Shown piece after piece: positions 38,674 to 48,366 of a stretch of 56,787 nt of DNA. Within the stretch, counting starts at the first letter, position 1; the number at the start of each line of letters is the position of its first letter. The position numbers and the translations under genes were made by a program. Below the pieces are notes generated by a model. The model ran no database searches. It was given only the letters and a program-made list of their open reading frames with translations, and was not told the DNA's origin. Where the stretch lies: positions 1 through 56,787 of the forward strand of contig JASGMG010000001.1 in NCBI GenBank assembly GCA_030156575.1, read 5' to 3'. Source of the stretch: Patescibacteria group bacterium (GTDB taxonomy: Bacteria > Patescibacteriota > Saccharimonadia > Saccharimonadales > Saccharimonadaceae).

Positions 38674-41007
38674 TTATTTAGACCATTGCCAATTTTCTAT
38701 TTCATCCATATCAACGCCAAATTCTTTAATATATTCAGTATTGGCTTCTATTTTCTGTTGATATCTTGTTGTAATCTCCAAAGCCTGTTCCGTAGCTATG
38801 CGACCAGATCTTGCCATATTATCAAATATCGCTATTACTAAATGGTAGCGACTAGTTTTGTTGCGAACATGCATATCAAATGGAGTTGTTGTACTTCCAC
38901 ATTCTATATAGCCTCGAACATCAAAGCGCTCTGCATTATCTACATAGTTAAATAGTATTGCTTTCAAAGTTTCTGGATAACCATGGAAATTACAGATAAC
39001 AGGTTTATCAGTAGTAAATTGTCGGTCAAATTCAGCTTCATTGATAAAGTTTTTACCTTGTCCAAACCCTCGGCTAGTAAGTGAGCTTACATTGACACAT
39101 CGAAGTCTGATGTTAGGCCATTCTTTTTTAGCAATATCGATTGCAGCAAGAACTTCTTTCGTTGGATAATCACCGATACCAGCGAGAACTACATCTGGGT
39201 TGTCGTCGCTTGCAAACTCCCAGGTCATAATACCAGTTTGTAATTGTTTACGTGCGAGTTCTGGTGTCAACCATCGTGGCTCGATGGTCTTTCCTGCAAC
39301 TACTATGTTGATCTTCTTAGTTGACTGCAATATTTTCTCAAGTACAACTAACGTACTATTGGCATCTGCTGGAAAATAGACATCCATATAATCACCGTGT
39401 CGACGTAAAGCGTCATCTATAAATCCAGGATTTTGGTGACTAAACCCGTTATGGTCTTGTCTCCAGCCAGAGCTGGTCAAAATATAATTGAGTGATGGAA
39501 AAGTTTCGCGCCATTCAAAATCAAATGAGTGCTTAAGAAATTTTGCATATTGGTCCATCATACTTACAACTACTTGTACAAAAGCTTCGTAACTTGCAAA
39601 GATTGAATGTCTACCGGTTAATGTATATCCTTGGGCTAGACCCTGTAGGTTATGTTCACTCAGCATCTCCATAACACGACCGTTGGGTGACATGTCTTTA
39701 TCCCAACTTTCAATTGGCCATACCCAAGCGCGAGAAGTTTCTTTAAATATAGCGTCTAGTTTGTTTGAATACGTTTCATCGGGTGACATAAATCGGAAAT
39801 TTTTATTTTCTTCGTTAAGCTTAAAGACTTCTTTTAAATACATGCCAGATTGAATCATACTGCTTGAGCCCAATGTGCCAGGTATAGTAGAATCTTCAGC
39901 AAAGTCTTCTAGTAACGGTAAATTTAATGGCTTGTAGACTGTTTCTCCACCATGTGCATGTGGTGTCATACCCATTCGTTGCTTGCGCTCTGGCACTATG
40001 TTTTTTACGAAATCACCAAATCCATTTTCGGCGTCAAATAACTCATCAAATCTGTATGATCTTAGCCATTCTTCTAATAATTTTAATTGCTCTGGGTCAG
40101 TTTTAGCTTCTGTTAATACAACTTGGTGAGATAAACAGTTGCCTTCGATTTTATTACCATTTAATTCTTTAACACCAGTCCAGCCTTTTAATGTACGCAT
40201 GATAATCATTGGCATTCGAGGTGAGACTATGTCTTGTGGGGCTTCTTTGATACTCCAGATAAGCTTATGGGCCCAATCCAGTGTTTCTTCCATTTGTCTA
40301 TCTAAATCATCTCCAGAGACAATACGAGGCTCGTACCCATAACCCCAAAACAGTGACATCAGTTCATCATCACTCATCCGACCAAATATAGTTGGAGCTG
40401 ATATTTTATATCCATTGAGATGCAATATTGGTAAAACTGTGCCATTGGTCTTTGGGTCAACTAATTTATTTAGATGCCAAGCTGCTGCCGCCGGACCAGT
40501 TTCAGCTTCGCCATCGCCAACTAGACATGCCACTATCATATTTGGATTATCAAGAGCAGCACCATAAGATGTCGAGAGAGAGTATCCTAATTCGCCACCT
40601 TCTAAAATAACACCAGGCGTGCCGGGGTTACTGTGGCTAGGAAAGCCATAAGGCCAGCTAAAGTTGCGACAAATATAGCTAATACCGTCATAATCTTGAG
40701 TTGCTTTAGGGTAAAATTCGCTTAAAGTACCTTCGATAAATAAGTTTGCTTGCAAAGCAGGGAAAGCATGTCCGGGGCCTAATACAAACATCATTTCTTG
40801 GCCATATTTTTTGATCAAGTTATTTAAATGTGAGTAAATAAGATTTACTCCAGGACCTGAGCCCCAATGCCCTAAAAGCCTAGATTTAATATCATCATGA
40901 GTTAGTGGTCTCTTTAGTAGAAAATTATCTTGCAGAAATATTTGCGCTGCAGTTAAATAGTTTGTTGCTCTTCTAAACTTTTCGAAATCTGTTGTTTTAT
41001 CATTCAT
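38674..41007 (-). CDS. xfp: Xylulose-5-P/fructose-6-P phosphoketolase
   Basis: LLGHWG, EGGELGY, GDGEAETGP, LNGYKI, QDHNGFSHQ. Confidence 0.95.
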   Translation of the reverse strand: MNDKTTDFEKFRRATNYLTAAQIFLQDNFLLKRPLTHDDIKSRLLGHWGSGPGVNLIYSHLNNLIKKYGQEMMFVLGPGHAFPALQANLFIEGTLSEFYPKATQDYDGISYICRNFSWPYGFPSHSNPGTPGVILEGGELGYSLSTSYGAALDNPNMIVACLVGDGEAETGPAAAAWHLNKLVDPKTNGTVLPILHLNGYKISAPTIFGRMSDDELMSLFWGYGYEPRIVSGDDLDRQMEETLDWAHKLIWSIKEAPQDIVSPRMPMIIMRTLKGWTGVKELNGNKIEGNCLSHQVVLTEAKTDPEQLKLLEEWLRSYRFDELFDAENGFGDFVKNIVPERKQRMGMTPHAHGGETVYKPLNLPLLEDFAEDSTIPGTLGSSSMIQSGMYLKEVFKLNEENKNFRFMSPDETYSNKLDAIFKETSRAWVWPIESWDKDMSPNGRVMEMLSEHNLQGLAQGYTLTGRHSIFASYEAFVQVVVSMMDQYAKFLKHSFDFEWRETFPSLNYILTSSGWRQDHNGFSHQNPGFIDDALRRHGDYMDVYFPADANSTLVVLEKILQSTKKINIVVAGKTIEPRWLTPELARKQLQTGIMTWEFASDDNPDVVLAGIGDYPTKEVLAAIDIAKKEWPNIRLRCVNVSSLTSRGFGQGKNFINEAEFDRQFTTDKPVICNFHGYPETLKAILFNYVDNAERFDVRGYIECGSTTTPFDMHVRNKTSRYHLVIAIFDNMARSGRIATEQALEITTRYQQKIEANTEYIKEFGVDMDEIENWQWSK

Positions 41008-41068
41008 GGTTATGTTTTATTGTAGCAGATAATTGTACGTCAAGGCTACTATCTGTTAAGATAAAGAT

Positions 41069-41905
41069 ATGAAAATATTAGACGGACTAGAGTTATCTGG
41101 TTACATAAAAGAACGCCAACTTAAACAAGTTAGGGCACTTCGTCAATCTTGGCGAGTTTTTCCACGTTTGGCAATTGTTCATGCGGGTGATAATCCTATA
41201 ATCAACACTTATATGCGTTTAAAATGTGAATACGGTAAGGATATTATGATTGAAGTTGAAGTCTATAAGCCATCTAACGCAGAGTTATTAAATCAGATCA
41301 GAGCTTTAAATGATAACGATGATATTCATGGCATTATAGTGCAATTGCCACTTGCTGATACTTCACAAACAGAAATTGCCATTAATGCAATATCTAGTAT
41401 AAAAGATGTTGATGGACTAACTGCCGATTCTACGTTTACACCAGCAACAGCTTTAGCTATAAATTGGTTATTAGCAGGGTATAATATTAATTTATCTTCT
41501 AAGAAAGTTACTATTGTTGGAAAAGGGCGCTTAGTTGGAGCGCCACTTGCTAAATTATGGAAAGAATCAGAAATAGACGTAACATCTTGCGACATTAATA
41601 CAACAAATCTCAAAGACATTTTACAATCATCTGATGTAATTGTTACTGCAACTGGTGCTCCAGGTCTAATAACTAGCAGTATGGTTGCTCCAAATGCGAT
41701 ATTAGTTGATGCTGGAACGGCAACCGAAGGTGGCGAAATTGTTGGTGACTTGGCTGACGATATTCGTAGTAGAACAGATTTAACGGTTACACCAAAAAGG
41801 GGTGGGGTTGGGCCATTAACCGTATCAGCTTTATTTGATAATGTAATTTTAGCAGCTCGAAAAATAGCAGATCAAAAAGGACAACAGGATAATTTAAAAT
41901 TATGA
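41069..41905 (+). CDS. folD: Methylenetetrahydrofolate dehydrogenase/cyclohydrolase
   Basis: GIIVQLP, KDVDG, VGAPLA, GGVGPLT. Confidence 0.92.
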   Translation: MKILDGLELSGYIKERQLKQVRALRQSWRVFPRLAIVHAGDNPIINTYMRLKCEYGKDIMIEVEVYKPSNAELLNQIRALNDNDDIHGIIVQLPLADTSQTEIAINAISSIKDVDGLTADSTFTPATALAINWLLAGYNINLSSKKVTIVGKGRLVGAPLAKLWKESEIDVTSCDINTTNLKDILQSSDVIVTATGAPGLITSSMVAPNAILVDAGTATEGGEIVGDLADDIRSRTDLTVTPKRGGVGPLTVSALFDNVILAARKIADQKGQQDNLKL

Positions 41906-42504
41906 AAGAAATTATTTTCGCTACTGGTAATAAAGGTAAGGTATTTTCTTTGCAAAAGTATGCGAATAAGTTTGATCTTGATTTAGCCATAACTCAACAA
42001 TTTCTTGATCTTATAGAGCCACAGGCCGATACTTCATCTGAAGTTGCAAAGTCTAAGGCGCGACAGGCATATAAAGTATTTAATAAGCCAGTTTTAGCTG
42101 ACGATAGCTCTTTTCATATTTCGACTTTAGGAGGCTTCCCTGGGCCTTATATTAAATATATGATTACAACTCTTGGCATAAATGGAATATTATCTTTTAT
42201 GGAGGATAAATCTGATCGTAGCGCTTATTTTTTAAGCTCATTAGTACTTATTGATGAATATGGTAGGGATCATTTATTTGAAGACGAGCCTTATTGGGGT
42301 ACTATTGCGACAGAGATTGATGATTTTAAGTCTGAAAAGTCGTGGAGCGAGCTACATAAAATCTTTATTCCTAATGGTAGTGATAAAGTTTTAGCACGTA
42401 TGATAGAGTTTGAACGCGAGAAGGTCAACATAAGAACCAATTCCTATGAAAAATTATGTTTATGGCTCAAAGACAACCCACAAATGCTAAAAGATAGTTT
42501 ATAG
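41902..42504 (+). CDS. Ham1/ITPase-family non-canonical purine NTP pyrophosphatase
   Basis: FATGNKGK, DDS....LGGFPGPY; C-terminal SHR motif not conserved. Confidence 0.82.
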   Translation: MKEIIFATGNKGKVFSLQKYANKFDLDLAITQQFLDLIEPQADTSSEVAKSKARQAYKVFNKPVLADDSSFHISTLGGFPGPYIKYMITTLGINGILSFMEDKSDRSAYFLSSLVLIDEYGRDHLFEDEPYWGTIATEIDDFKSEKSWSELHKIFIPNGSDKVLARMIEFEREKVNIRTNSYEKLCLWLKDNPQMLKDSL

Positions 42505-42867
42505 ATTTAAGGCTTCTTTAATTCGTTGAACAACTTGTCTTGGTGTTAAGTTGGCTTTTACTATATAACTATGTATTCCTAATGAACGAATTTCTTTAGG
42601 AGCTTCTTCTTCGCCTAGATTTGTTAAGATTATGACAGGAATATCCTTACCCCAGTTGTTTTTACGTATAATTTTAAGTACTTCAACTCCGTTCATCTCT
42701 GGCATCTGTAAGTCAAGCAAAATAATGTCTGGTAAAAAGGTCTCAACTAATTCAATTCCGTTTTTGCCATTTTTTGCTAATTGAACATCAAAACCGTCGG
42801 CTTCAAACTTCATTCTGTACATCTGGCTAATTACTTGGTCGTCTTCAATAATAGCTATCTTCGTCAT
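42499..42867 (-). CDS. Single-domain response regulator (receiver only)
   Basis: IIEDD, LLDLQMP, ILTN, YIVKA; start likely 42867, 6 nt after TATTAT. Confidence 0.92.
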   Translation of the reverse strand: MTKIAIIEDDQVISQMYRMKFEADGFDVQLAKNGKNGIELVETFLPDIILLDLQMPEMNGVEVLKIIRKNNWGKDIPVIILTNLGEEEAPKEIRSLGIHSYIVKANLTPRQVVQRIKEALNL

Positions 42868-42965
42868 GAGCTTATAATACGGCATAAAACTCATACGTTC
42901 AAGTTTATGATATAATTACTGGTAATAATAAAATAAAATGATCCATTAAAACAGGGGATATTAGA

Positions 42966-43307
42966 ATGTTAGATCTAGCTCCGTCCATATGTAGACAACG
43001 TTTAGTCATTGAAGCCTACCCAAAAAAAGCAATTACCGATCAAGATATAAAGAAATATTTATCAGAATTATCTGTTGTTATTGATATGAAACAGCTTATT
43101 GAGCCAGTTACTCATAATTGTGAAAAGTTTGGTTGGGCTGGTTGGATACATTGGGAAACATCTGGTGCTCATTTTTATGCATGGGAGCGTCCAATTTTAT
43201 TTTATAGTGTAGATATTTATACATGCAAAGCGTTTGATCCTTTGGCCGCAGTTGAGTTTACTAAAAAGTTTTTTGATAGCGACAGTATAGAATACAAAGA
43301 GTTTTAA
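42966..43307 (+). CDS. Pyruvoyl-dependent SAM decarboxylase (SpeD)-family protein, atypical
   Basis: GWAGWIHWETSGAHFYAW...VDIYTCK aligns with the class 1b SpeD pattern G.TG....ESH..IHTWP...D.FTC. Confidence 0.7.
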   Translation: MLDLAPSICRQRLVIEAYPKKAITDQDIKKYLSELSVVIDMKQLIEPVTHNCEKFGWAGWIHWETSGAHFYAWERPILFYSVDIYTCKAFDPLAAVEFTKKFFDSDSIEYKEF

Positions 43308-44128
43308 TGATGGAAACTCTAGGTAGTGATAGTTTTGAAAAAAAAGATTTAACCCCTAGTTATGAGCTATCACCGCGGAATGTCGAGCTTTTAATATATG
43401 ACTTGCTAGACAAAAATAAAGAACTTACACCAGAAAACTCTAGTGAAGTTATCATTAGAGTTGATGGTAATAGCGAATATGCAGATATTGCAAGGTATAT
43501 TGAAGAAACCGTATTTATGCGTGAGTTTGGTAATAGCCCACAAGAGATGGAACGAGAATATAACCCATACGAAAAATATAGTGATTTTTATATTGCTATA
43601 GATTGTGAAGCTAATAAACCAATAGCTGCTCTAAGAGTAATTAAGAATTCAGAAAATGGTCTAAAAACATTAAACGATGCCACAAAAGAGCCATTTAATG
43701 TTAATAGTAAAAATATAGAACAACACAATAAAGGCATGGAAGATCTCAACAAAGTATGGGATATTGGAACGGTGGCTAAAATGCCTGGATATACAAGGTC
43801 TTCAGCTACTGTTGAATTATACCGCGCTGTATATGTAGCTTCCCTTAATTCTAGTATTGAGGATTGGGTGACTATTATAGACGATGCTGTCCATAATATG
43901 ACGACAAAACACTTCGGTATACCATTTGAGCCTCTTGGAGATTCAGAACCTGGCCCATATCTAGGATCCGATAAAAGTCATGTTGTATGCGCACATGTAC
44001 CGGATTTTAGAGAAACTATGGGTGATCATATGAGCAAGGCTAAAGGACGCCTTGCTAATAAGATATTCGGGATTCTTGTAAATGGTGACAGTGATAATAG
44101 GATTATTCTTAGCCCAATAGACAATTAG
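43307..44128 (+). CDS. GNAT-superfamily N-acyltransferase, LuxI/FeeM-like
   Basis: AR.IE..VF..EFG...EY..YE..S.F...D...A.LRVI and WDIGTVA...LYRA pattern parallels acyl-HSL and N-acyl amino acid synthases; TAATG overlap with the upstream gene. Confidence 0.6.
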   Translation: MMETLGSDSFEKKDLTPSYELSPRNVELLIYDLLDKNKELTPENSSEVIIRVDGNSEYADIARYIEETVFMREFGNSPQEMEREYNPYEKYSDFYIAIDCEANKPIAALRVIKNSENGLKTLNDATKEPFNVNSKNIEQHNKGMEDLNKVWDIGTVAKMPGYTRSSATVELYRAVYVASLNSSIEDWVTIIDDAVHNMTTKHFGIPFEPLGDSEPGPYLGSDKSHVVCAHVPDFRETMGDHMSKAKGRLANKIFGILVNGDSDNRIILSPIDN

Positions 44129-44167
44129 ACTATAAAAAACATAATACTTAAGCTAAACTTGTTGTAT

Positions 44168-46309
44168 ATGGATATAATTATCTTTTTTGCATGTTTTATA
44201 AATTTACTCCTAGGGGCGTTTGTGTTATTGCATGATCCTAAGTCTATTCATTCTCGTTTATTTATGTTTATGAGTGTTTCTATTTGCATCTGGATAATAT
44301 CAAGTTACATTACTGACATGAGGATGTCTAGTATTGTCATTAATATTATATCTAATAGACTAGCTTATGTAAGCGGATATTTAGTTATATTAAGTGGAAC
44401 CATATTTACTTATTTCTTTCCAGTAAAGCGTAAAATTAGTCTAAAACGATTATTATTGTTTTCTGTATTTAATATTCTGGTCTTGTGTCTAGCGGCTTCA
44501 AAATTAGTATCTGGTTATGTGAATATTAATTCTTTGGGTAATTTAGAATTCTCTATTGGGCCTTTGTTGTGGTCTTATATAGTTGGTATTTTAGTCTTGA
44601 TTATTTTAATAATAAAGAACTTATTAAGACCATCTTTACATATAGATAAAAATAATAAAATACAGGCTCATCTTGTACTTTTATCTTTTTGTTTTGGAGC
44701 CTTGTCGGGGCTACTATTAAATGTTATTATCCCGATTTTAATTGGTAATTGGCATACCGCTCAATTTGGATCATTATCGACAATTGTTTTTATCAGTATA
44801 ATCGTTTATGCAATTACAAGACATGGGCTTTTTGATATTAGGTTGGCACTAGTTAGGACTTCTGCTTATGTGCTTTCGTTGAGTACTTTCATTGTTGTAT
44901 ATTATTTATTAGCTTATACTTTATCTATATTAATACTTGGTAGCGAAACTGCCTTCAATAAACAGAATGGACTAAGCATTATAATAGCTCTTGTATTGGC
45001 TTCGTTCTTTCAACCTGTTAAAAAATTGTTTGATCGCTTAACTAGTGCTGTTTTTTATAGAGACAATTACGATAGTGACATTTTCTTTTCTAATATTAAT
45101 AGGATAGCAACTTTAACAACAAATATTGGTGATCTACTAAAAAGCTCAACTAATGAAATTGCTGAAACTGTTAAAATAGAACAAGTATTCTTTGTCGTTT
45201 TAAGAGACGAAGGTGGATTTATATCAACAGGCACGTCTCATCATAGTAGATTACCTGCGTCTGACATAAAAGTTCTTGGTAATTATACTAGGAACAATGG
45301 AAACAGACTGTTAGATAGAAGGACGTTATCTGATGATGATAATATTTTTCGAAGGCTTATGATAAGTCACAAAATAGAGTTGGTATTACCGCTCGTTATA
45401 TCGGATAAGCTAATTGGGTATTTATGCCTAGGTGATAAAAAGAGCGGTAGGTTTACTTCGCGTGATATAAATGTTTTAAAAACTGCTTCAGATGAATTAG
45501 CTATCGCTATTCAGAATGCATTAGCTGTACAAGAAATACGTGAGCTAAACGAGACCTTGCAACAAAAAGTATCTAATGCTACTAAAGAGCTTCGTGCTAG
45601 TAACGCTATTTTGCGCCAATTGGATAAAAATAAGGATGAATTTGTGAGTATGGCTAGTCATCAGCTTCGAACACCACTAACGAGCGTTAAAGGCTATATC
45701 AGCATGGTTCTAGAGGGTGATGCTGGTAAAATATCAGAATCTCAACGAAATCTGTTAAGTGAAGCGTTTATAAGTAGTGAACGTATGGTTCGTTTGATTA
45801 ACGATTTTTTGAACGTGTCTAGACTACAAACTGGTAAATTTGTGATAGACAAACATCCAGTTGATTTATCAAAACTTGTGGAGCAGGAAATTGATAGCTT
45901 AAAATCTAATGCAACTGTTCGTAATATGAAATTTAATTATCGAAAACCTAAAGATTTTCCAATAATTAAAGTTGACGAAGATAAAATTCGCCAAGTTGTT
46001 ATGAATTTTGCAGATAATGCAATATATTATTCCCATGACGGTACCGCTATTGATATTAATTTAGTTGTGAAGGGTAACGAGGTTATATTTACAGTCAAAG
46101 ACACTGGGATAGGTGTTCCATCTAAAGAACAAGAGCAATTGTTTAGTAAGTTTTATCGCGCTAGCAATGCTCGGAAGCAACGTCCTGATGGTACCGGAGT
46201 TGGTTTATTTTTGGCAAAAAAGGTAGTGTCTGTACATGGCGGTAAGGTAATATTCAAATCAGTTGAAAACAAAGGCAGTACGTTTGGGTTTAGTTTGCCA
46301 ATTGAATAA
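44168..46309 (+). CDS. Sensor histidine kinase: N-terminal multi-TM (HisKA_7TM-like) input, GAF, HisKA, HATPase
   Basis: About 8-9 TM; ASHQLRTPLT H-box, NFADNAIYY N-box, DTGIG, GTGVGL. Confidence 0.93.
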   Translation: MDIIIFFACFINLLLGAFVLLHDPKSIHSRLFMFMSVSICIWIISSYITDMRMSSIVINIISNRLAYVSGYLVILSGTIFTYFFPVKRKISLKRLLLFSVFNILVLCLAASKLVSGYVNINSLGNLEFSIGPLLWSYIVGILVLIILIIKNLLRPSLHIDKNNKIQAHLVLLSFCFGALSGLLLNVIIPILIGNWHTAQFGSLSTIVFISIIVYAITRHGLFDIRLALVRTSAYVLSLSTFIVVYYLLAYTLSILILGSETAFNKQNGLSIIIALVLASFFQPVKKLFDRLTSAVFYRDNYDSDIFFSNINRIATLTTNIGDLLKSSTNEIAETVKIEQVFFVVLRDEGGFISTGTSHHSRLPASDIKVLGNYTRNNGNRLLDRRTLSDDDNIFRRLMISHKIELVLPLVISDKLIGYLCLGDKKSGRFTSRDINVLKTASDELAIAIQNALAVQEIRELNETLQQKVSNATKELRASNAILRQLDKNKDEFVSMASHQLRTPLTSVKGYISMVLEGDAGKISESQRNLLSEAFISSERMVRLINDFLNVSRLQTGKFVIDKHPVDLSKLVEQEIDSLKSNATVRNMKFNYRKPKDFPIIKVDEDKIRQVVMNFADNAIYYSHDGTAIDINLVVKGNEVIFTVKDTGIGVPSKEQEQLFSKFYRASNARKQRPDGTGVGLFLAKKVVSVHGGKVIFKSVENKGSTFGFSLPIE

Positions 46310-46505
46310 TTTCGATAATCATTATAATTATAAAGATTACAACGCCAGAGGTTATTAAGATTGGTTTAAGGATCTTTTTACGTTCAAACCACCATTGCCC
46401 AATTTTTGAACGATTAGTAGCTGATATTTTAGTGATAACTGGATGAGTCATTGCCGCATCAACGCCAGTATACGTTTTATTACGTTTTTTCTTATTCTTT
46501 GCCAT
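46290..46505 (-). CDS. Small basic membrane protein
   Basis: MAKNKKKRNK..., C-terminal TM; ATG 46505 lies 9 nt after TATAAT. Confidence 0.65.
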   Translation of the reverse strand: MAKNKKKRNKTYTGVDAAMTHPVITKISATNRSKIGQWWFERKKILKPILITSGVVIFIIIMIIEIIQLAN

Positions 46506-46524
46506 AGTAATTTTATTATAACAA

Positions 46525-46555
46525 AATTGCCCCCGCTGTAATAGCGGGGGCAATT
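46525..46555 (-). terminator. Terminator of the surface-protein transcript
   Basis: AATTGCCCCCGCT-N5-AGCGGGGGCAATT with a T-run on the minus strand. Confidence 0.8.
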
Positions 46556-46600
46556 AGTTTGGTCTGAATCGCTTCAGAAAGAGGAGCGGTCAGACTCTGA

Positions 46601-48103
46601 TTAAAGTGCTCGGCGACTATTTATATAGTAGCCTAAACTTGTAATCAATGTACCTAATCCAATGACGGAAGCTAATACTGTAGCACCTGTCTTTGGAAGT
46701 TCGGTCGGAGTTGTTGGCTCTTCGCCAGTAATCTCAAAAGCGGCTTTACAACCAGTGCTTGTTGCTGTGGCATCTTTGCCGTCAGCTTCAACTGTAATAG
46801 TTGCTTGCACTGTATACTTACCAACAGTACTTTGATCATAATCAAAAGTCGTATCAGTACTTGTCTTAGTATCAATTATTTTGTCGTCTGCATCACGGAT
46901 AACATATGTAACACTTTTGAACGTTGCATTGTCAACCGAGTAAGCAAGCTTAAACCGAGTAGATGTCTTTGAAAGACGAATTATACTTAACGCGTCGCAT
47001 GTATAAGCAACGGTTGGAGCTTCACACTCTTTAGTAACGACAACGTTAGCAGTGTCTTCTTTGGCTCCGCCACTTGTTATTGCCTTGGCTGTGTTTATTA
47101 ATGTATTTGGTCCACAAGCTGGTAAAGCATCGTTATTAGGTATTTCGGCAGTAAATTTAATATAAGCATCACCTTCGGGCATATATCCACCGATTACTAT
47201 GCCACCAGCTGTGATTCCGTCAGCAACCTGTTTTGTGCCATCAGAGTTGTGTAGGTATGTGCTTCCTGCGACGTATTTAGCGCCAGCAGGTAGAGTGTCT
47301 TTTATAACAACGTCTTTTAGTTGTGTACCGCCAGTGTTTTTAAAGTAAATCTGGTAATCAACTTTGTCACCGGGTTTTACATTAACACTTTCTTTGAAGG
47401 TCTTATCGGTTGCGCTATTTGCGCGAACGGTTTTTTGAACGTCAAAACTTGCGGTTGTGGCTTTGACCTTAAATATGACAAGACCGTCGTACTTGTAACA
47501 TCCAGGGATTTTTCCATCTAACTTGTCGTATCCAAGTGTAGCGCCTGAGCTTACGACGGTGTCGGGTAGCGCAGTACCAGCAGTAAACACATTATTAGTA
47601 TAAGTTGCTGAACCTGCAACATAGGTCATATTAAAGTCTGAATCGCTACTAAAAACAGCTTGATCCCAGATTTTGTCTGGTTTAGCGTTGCTTGATGAAA
47701 TGTATCCATCGATTTGAATTCGCTTTGCAGTTTGCGTTGGAACGTTAAAGTTTGCAACAACATTTTCAGCAACTAAATTTAAATTAGCAGCTGCGTTGTT
47801 ATGTACGTACATACGAACGTAATATTCTTTGCCATTCTGAATTGTAATGTCGTCAGTCCAGCCGCCCTTGGCTGTATTGTCTGCATCTTTGATAGTTACA
47901 AAATTGCGCTCATCACCATAATTTGGATTATTAGTTATTGAGTTAAATGTAACGTGATCGGCTGGCACTTCTATTGTATAAGTTGGCCGTTCTGGTCCCC
48001 ATGCGAATAATACTGCTGGTACGATAACTGCGGTTGCAATCATTAGTAGGGCAGCGCTAGTGCGCTTGGGAGCTTTACGCACGAGTGATAATAGTTTTCT
48101 CAT
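46601..48103 (-). CDS. Cell-surface protein with DUF11-like Ig domain and LPxTG-type sorting signal
   Basis: Signal peptide; VQKTV..VKPGDKVDYQIYFKNTG..VIKDTLP; C-terminal LPKTG plus TM plus RR tail; SD AAGGAG. Confidence 0.85.
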   Translation of the reverse strand: MRKLLSLVRKAPKRTSAALLMIATAVIVPAVLFAWGPERPTYTIEVPADHVTFNSITNNPNYGDERNFVTIKDADNTAKGGWTDDITIQNGKEYYVRMYVHNNAAANLNLVAENVVANFNVPTQTAKRIQIDGYISSSNAKPDKIWDQAVFSSDSDFNMTYVAGSATYTNNVFTAGTALPDTVVSSGATLGYDKLDGKIPGCYKYDGLVIFKVKATTASFDVQKTVRANSATDKTFKESVNVKPGDKVDYQIYFKNTGGTQLKDVVIKDTLPAGAKYVAGSTYLHNSDGTKQVADGITAGGIVIGGYMPEGDAYIKFTAEIPNNDALPACGPNTLINTAKAITSGGAKEDTANVVVTKECEAPTVAYTCDALSIIRLSKTSTRFKLAYSVDNATFKSVTYVIRDADDKIIDTKTSTDTTFDYDQSTVGKYTVQATITVEADGKDATATSTGCKAAFEITGEEPTTPTELPKTGATVLASVIGLGTLITSLGYYINSRRAL

Positions 48104-48195
48104 GATTGTTTCTCCTTTGTTTGGTTTTCTCTCTTAAAAACCAAACGTTAATTAGTTATATCTCTTTGATATTTTTTGCTGAGTTGTTAAAGTTT

Positions 48196-48250
48196 CAAAT
48201 CAGATCATTACAATGTGCATGTCGAACCTAAAAGGTTCACAGGTGAATTT
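48196..48250. repeat. Left arm of segmented long-range inverted repeat
   Basis: CAAATCAGATCATTACA-AT-GTGCATGTC-[GAACCTAAAAGGTTC hairpin]-ACAGGTGAATTT; complementary to 49591-49647. Confidence 0.9.
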
Positions 48251-48316
48251 ACTCAATTGCTAGCAAAGCTCTAACAAGAATAAACTACTTGGATTGATAT
48301 GTATTTTATAAAGCAA

Positions 48317-48350
48317 GGAATTAGATGTCTTTTGTGAGTCATCTAATTCC
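48317..48350. other. Strong hairpin just after the 348-aa gene
   Basis: GGAATTAGATG-N12-CATCTAATTCC. Confidence 0.7.
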
Positions 48351-48366
48351 AAGCTTGTGATAAGCC

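Noticed and set aside
46556..46600. Second long-range (23S-like) stem enclosing the 500-aa gene
   Set aside because: No complement to the sequence after the second boxA-like motif; only a local hairpin and terminator
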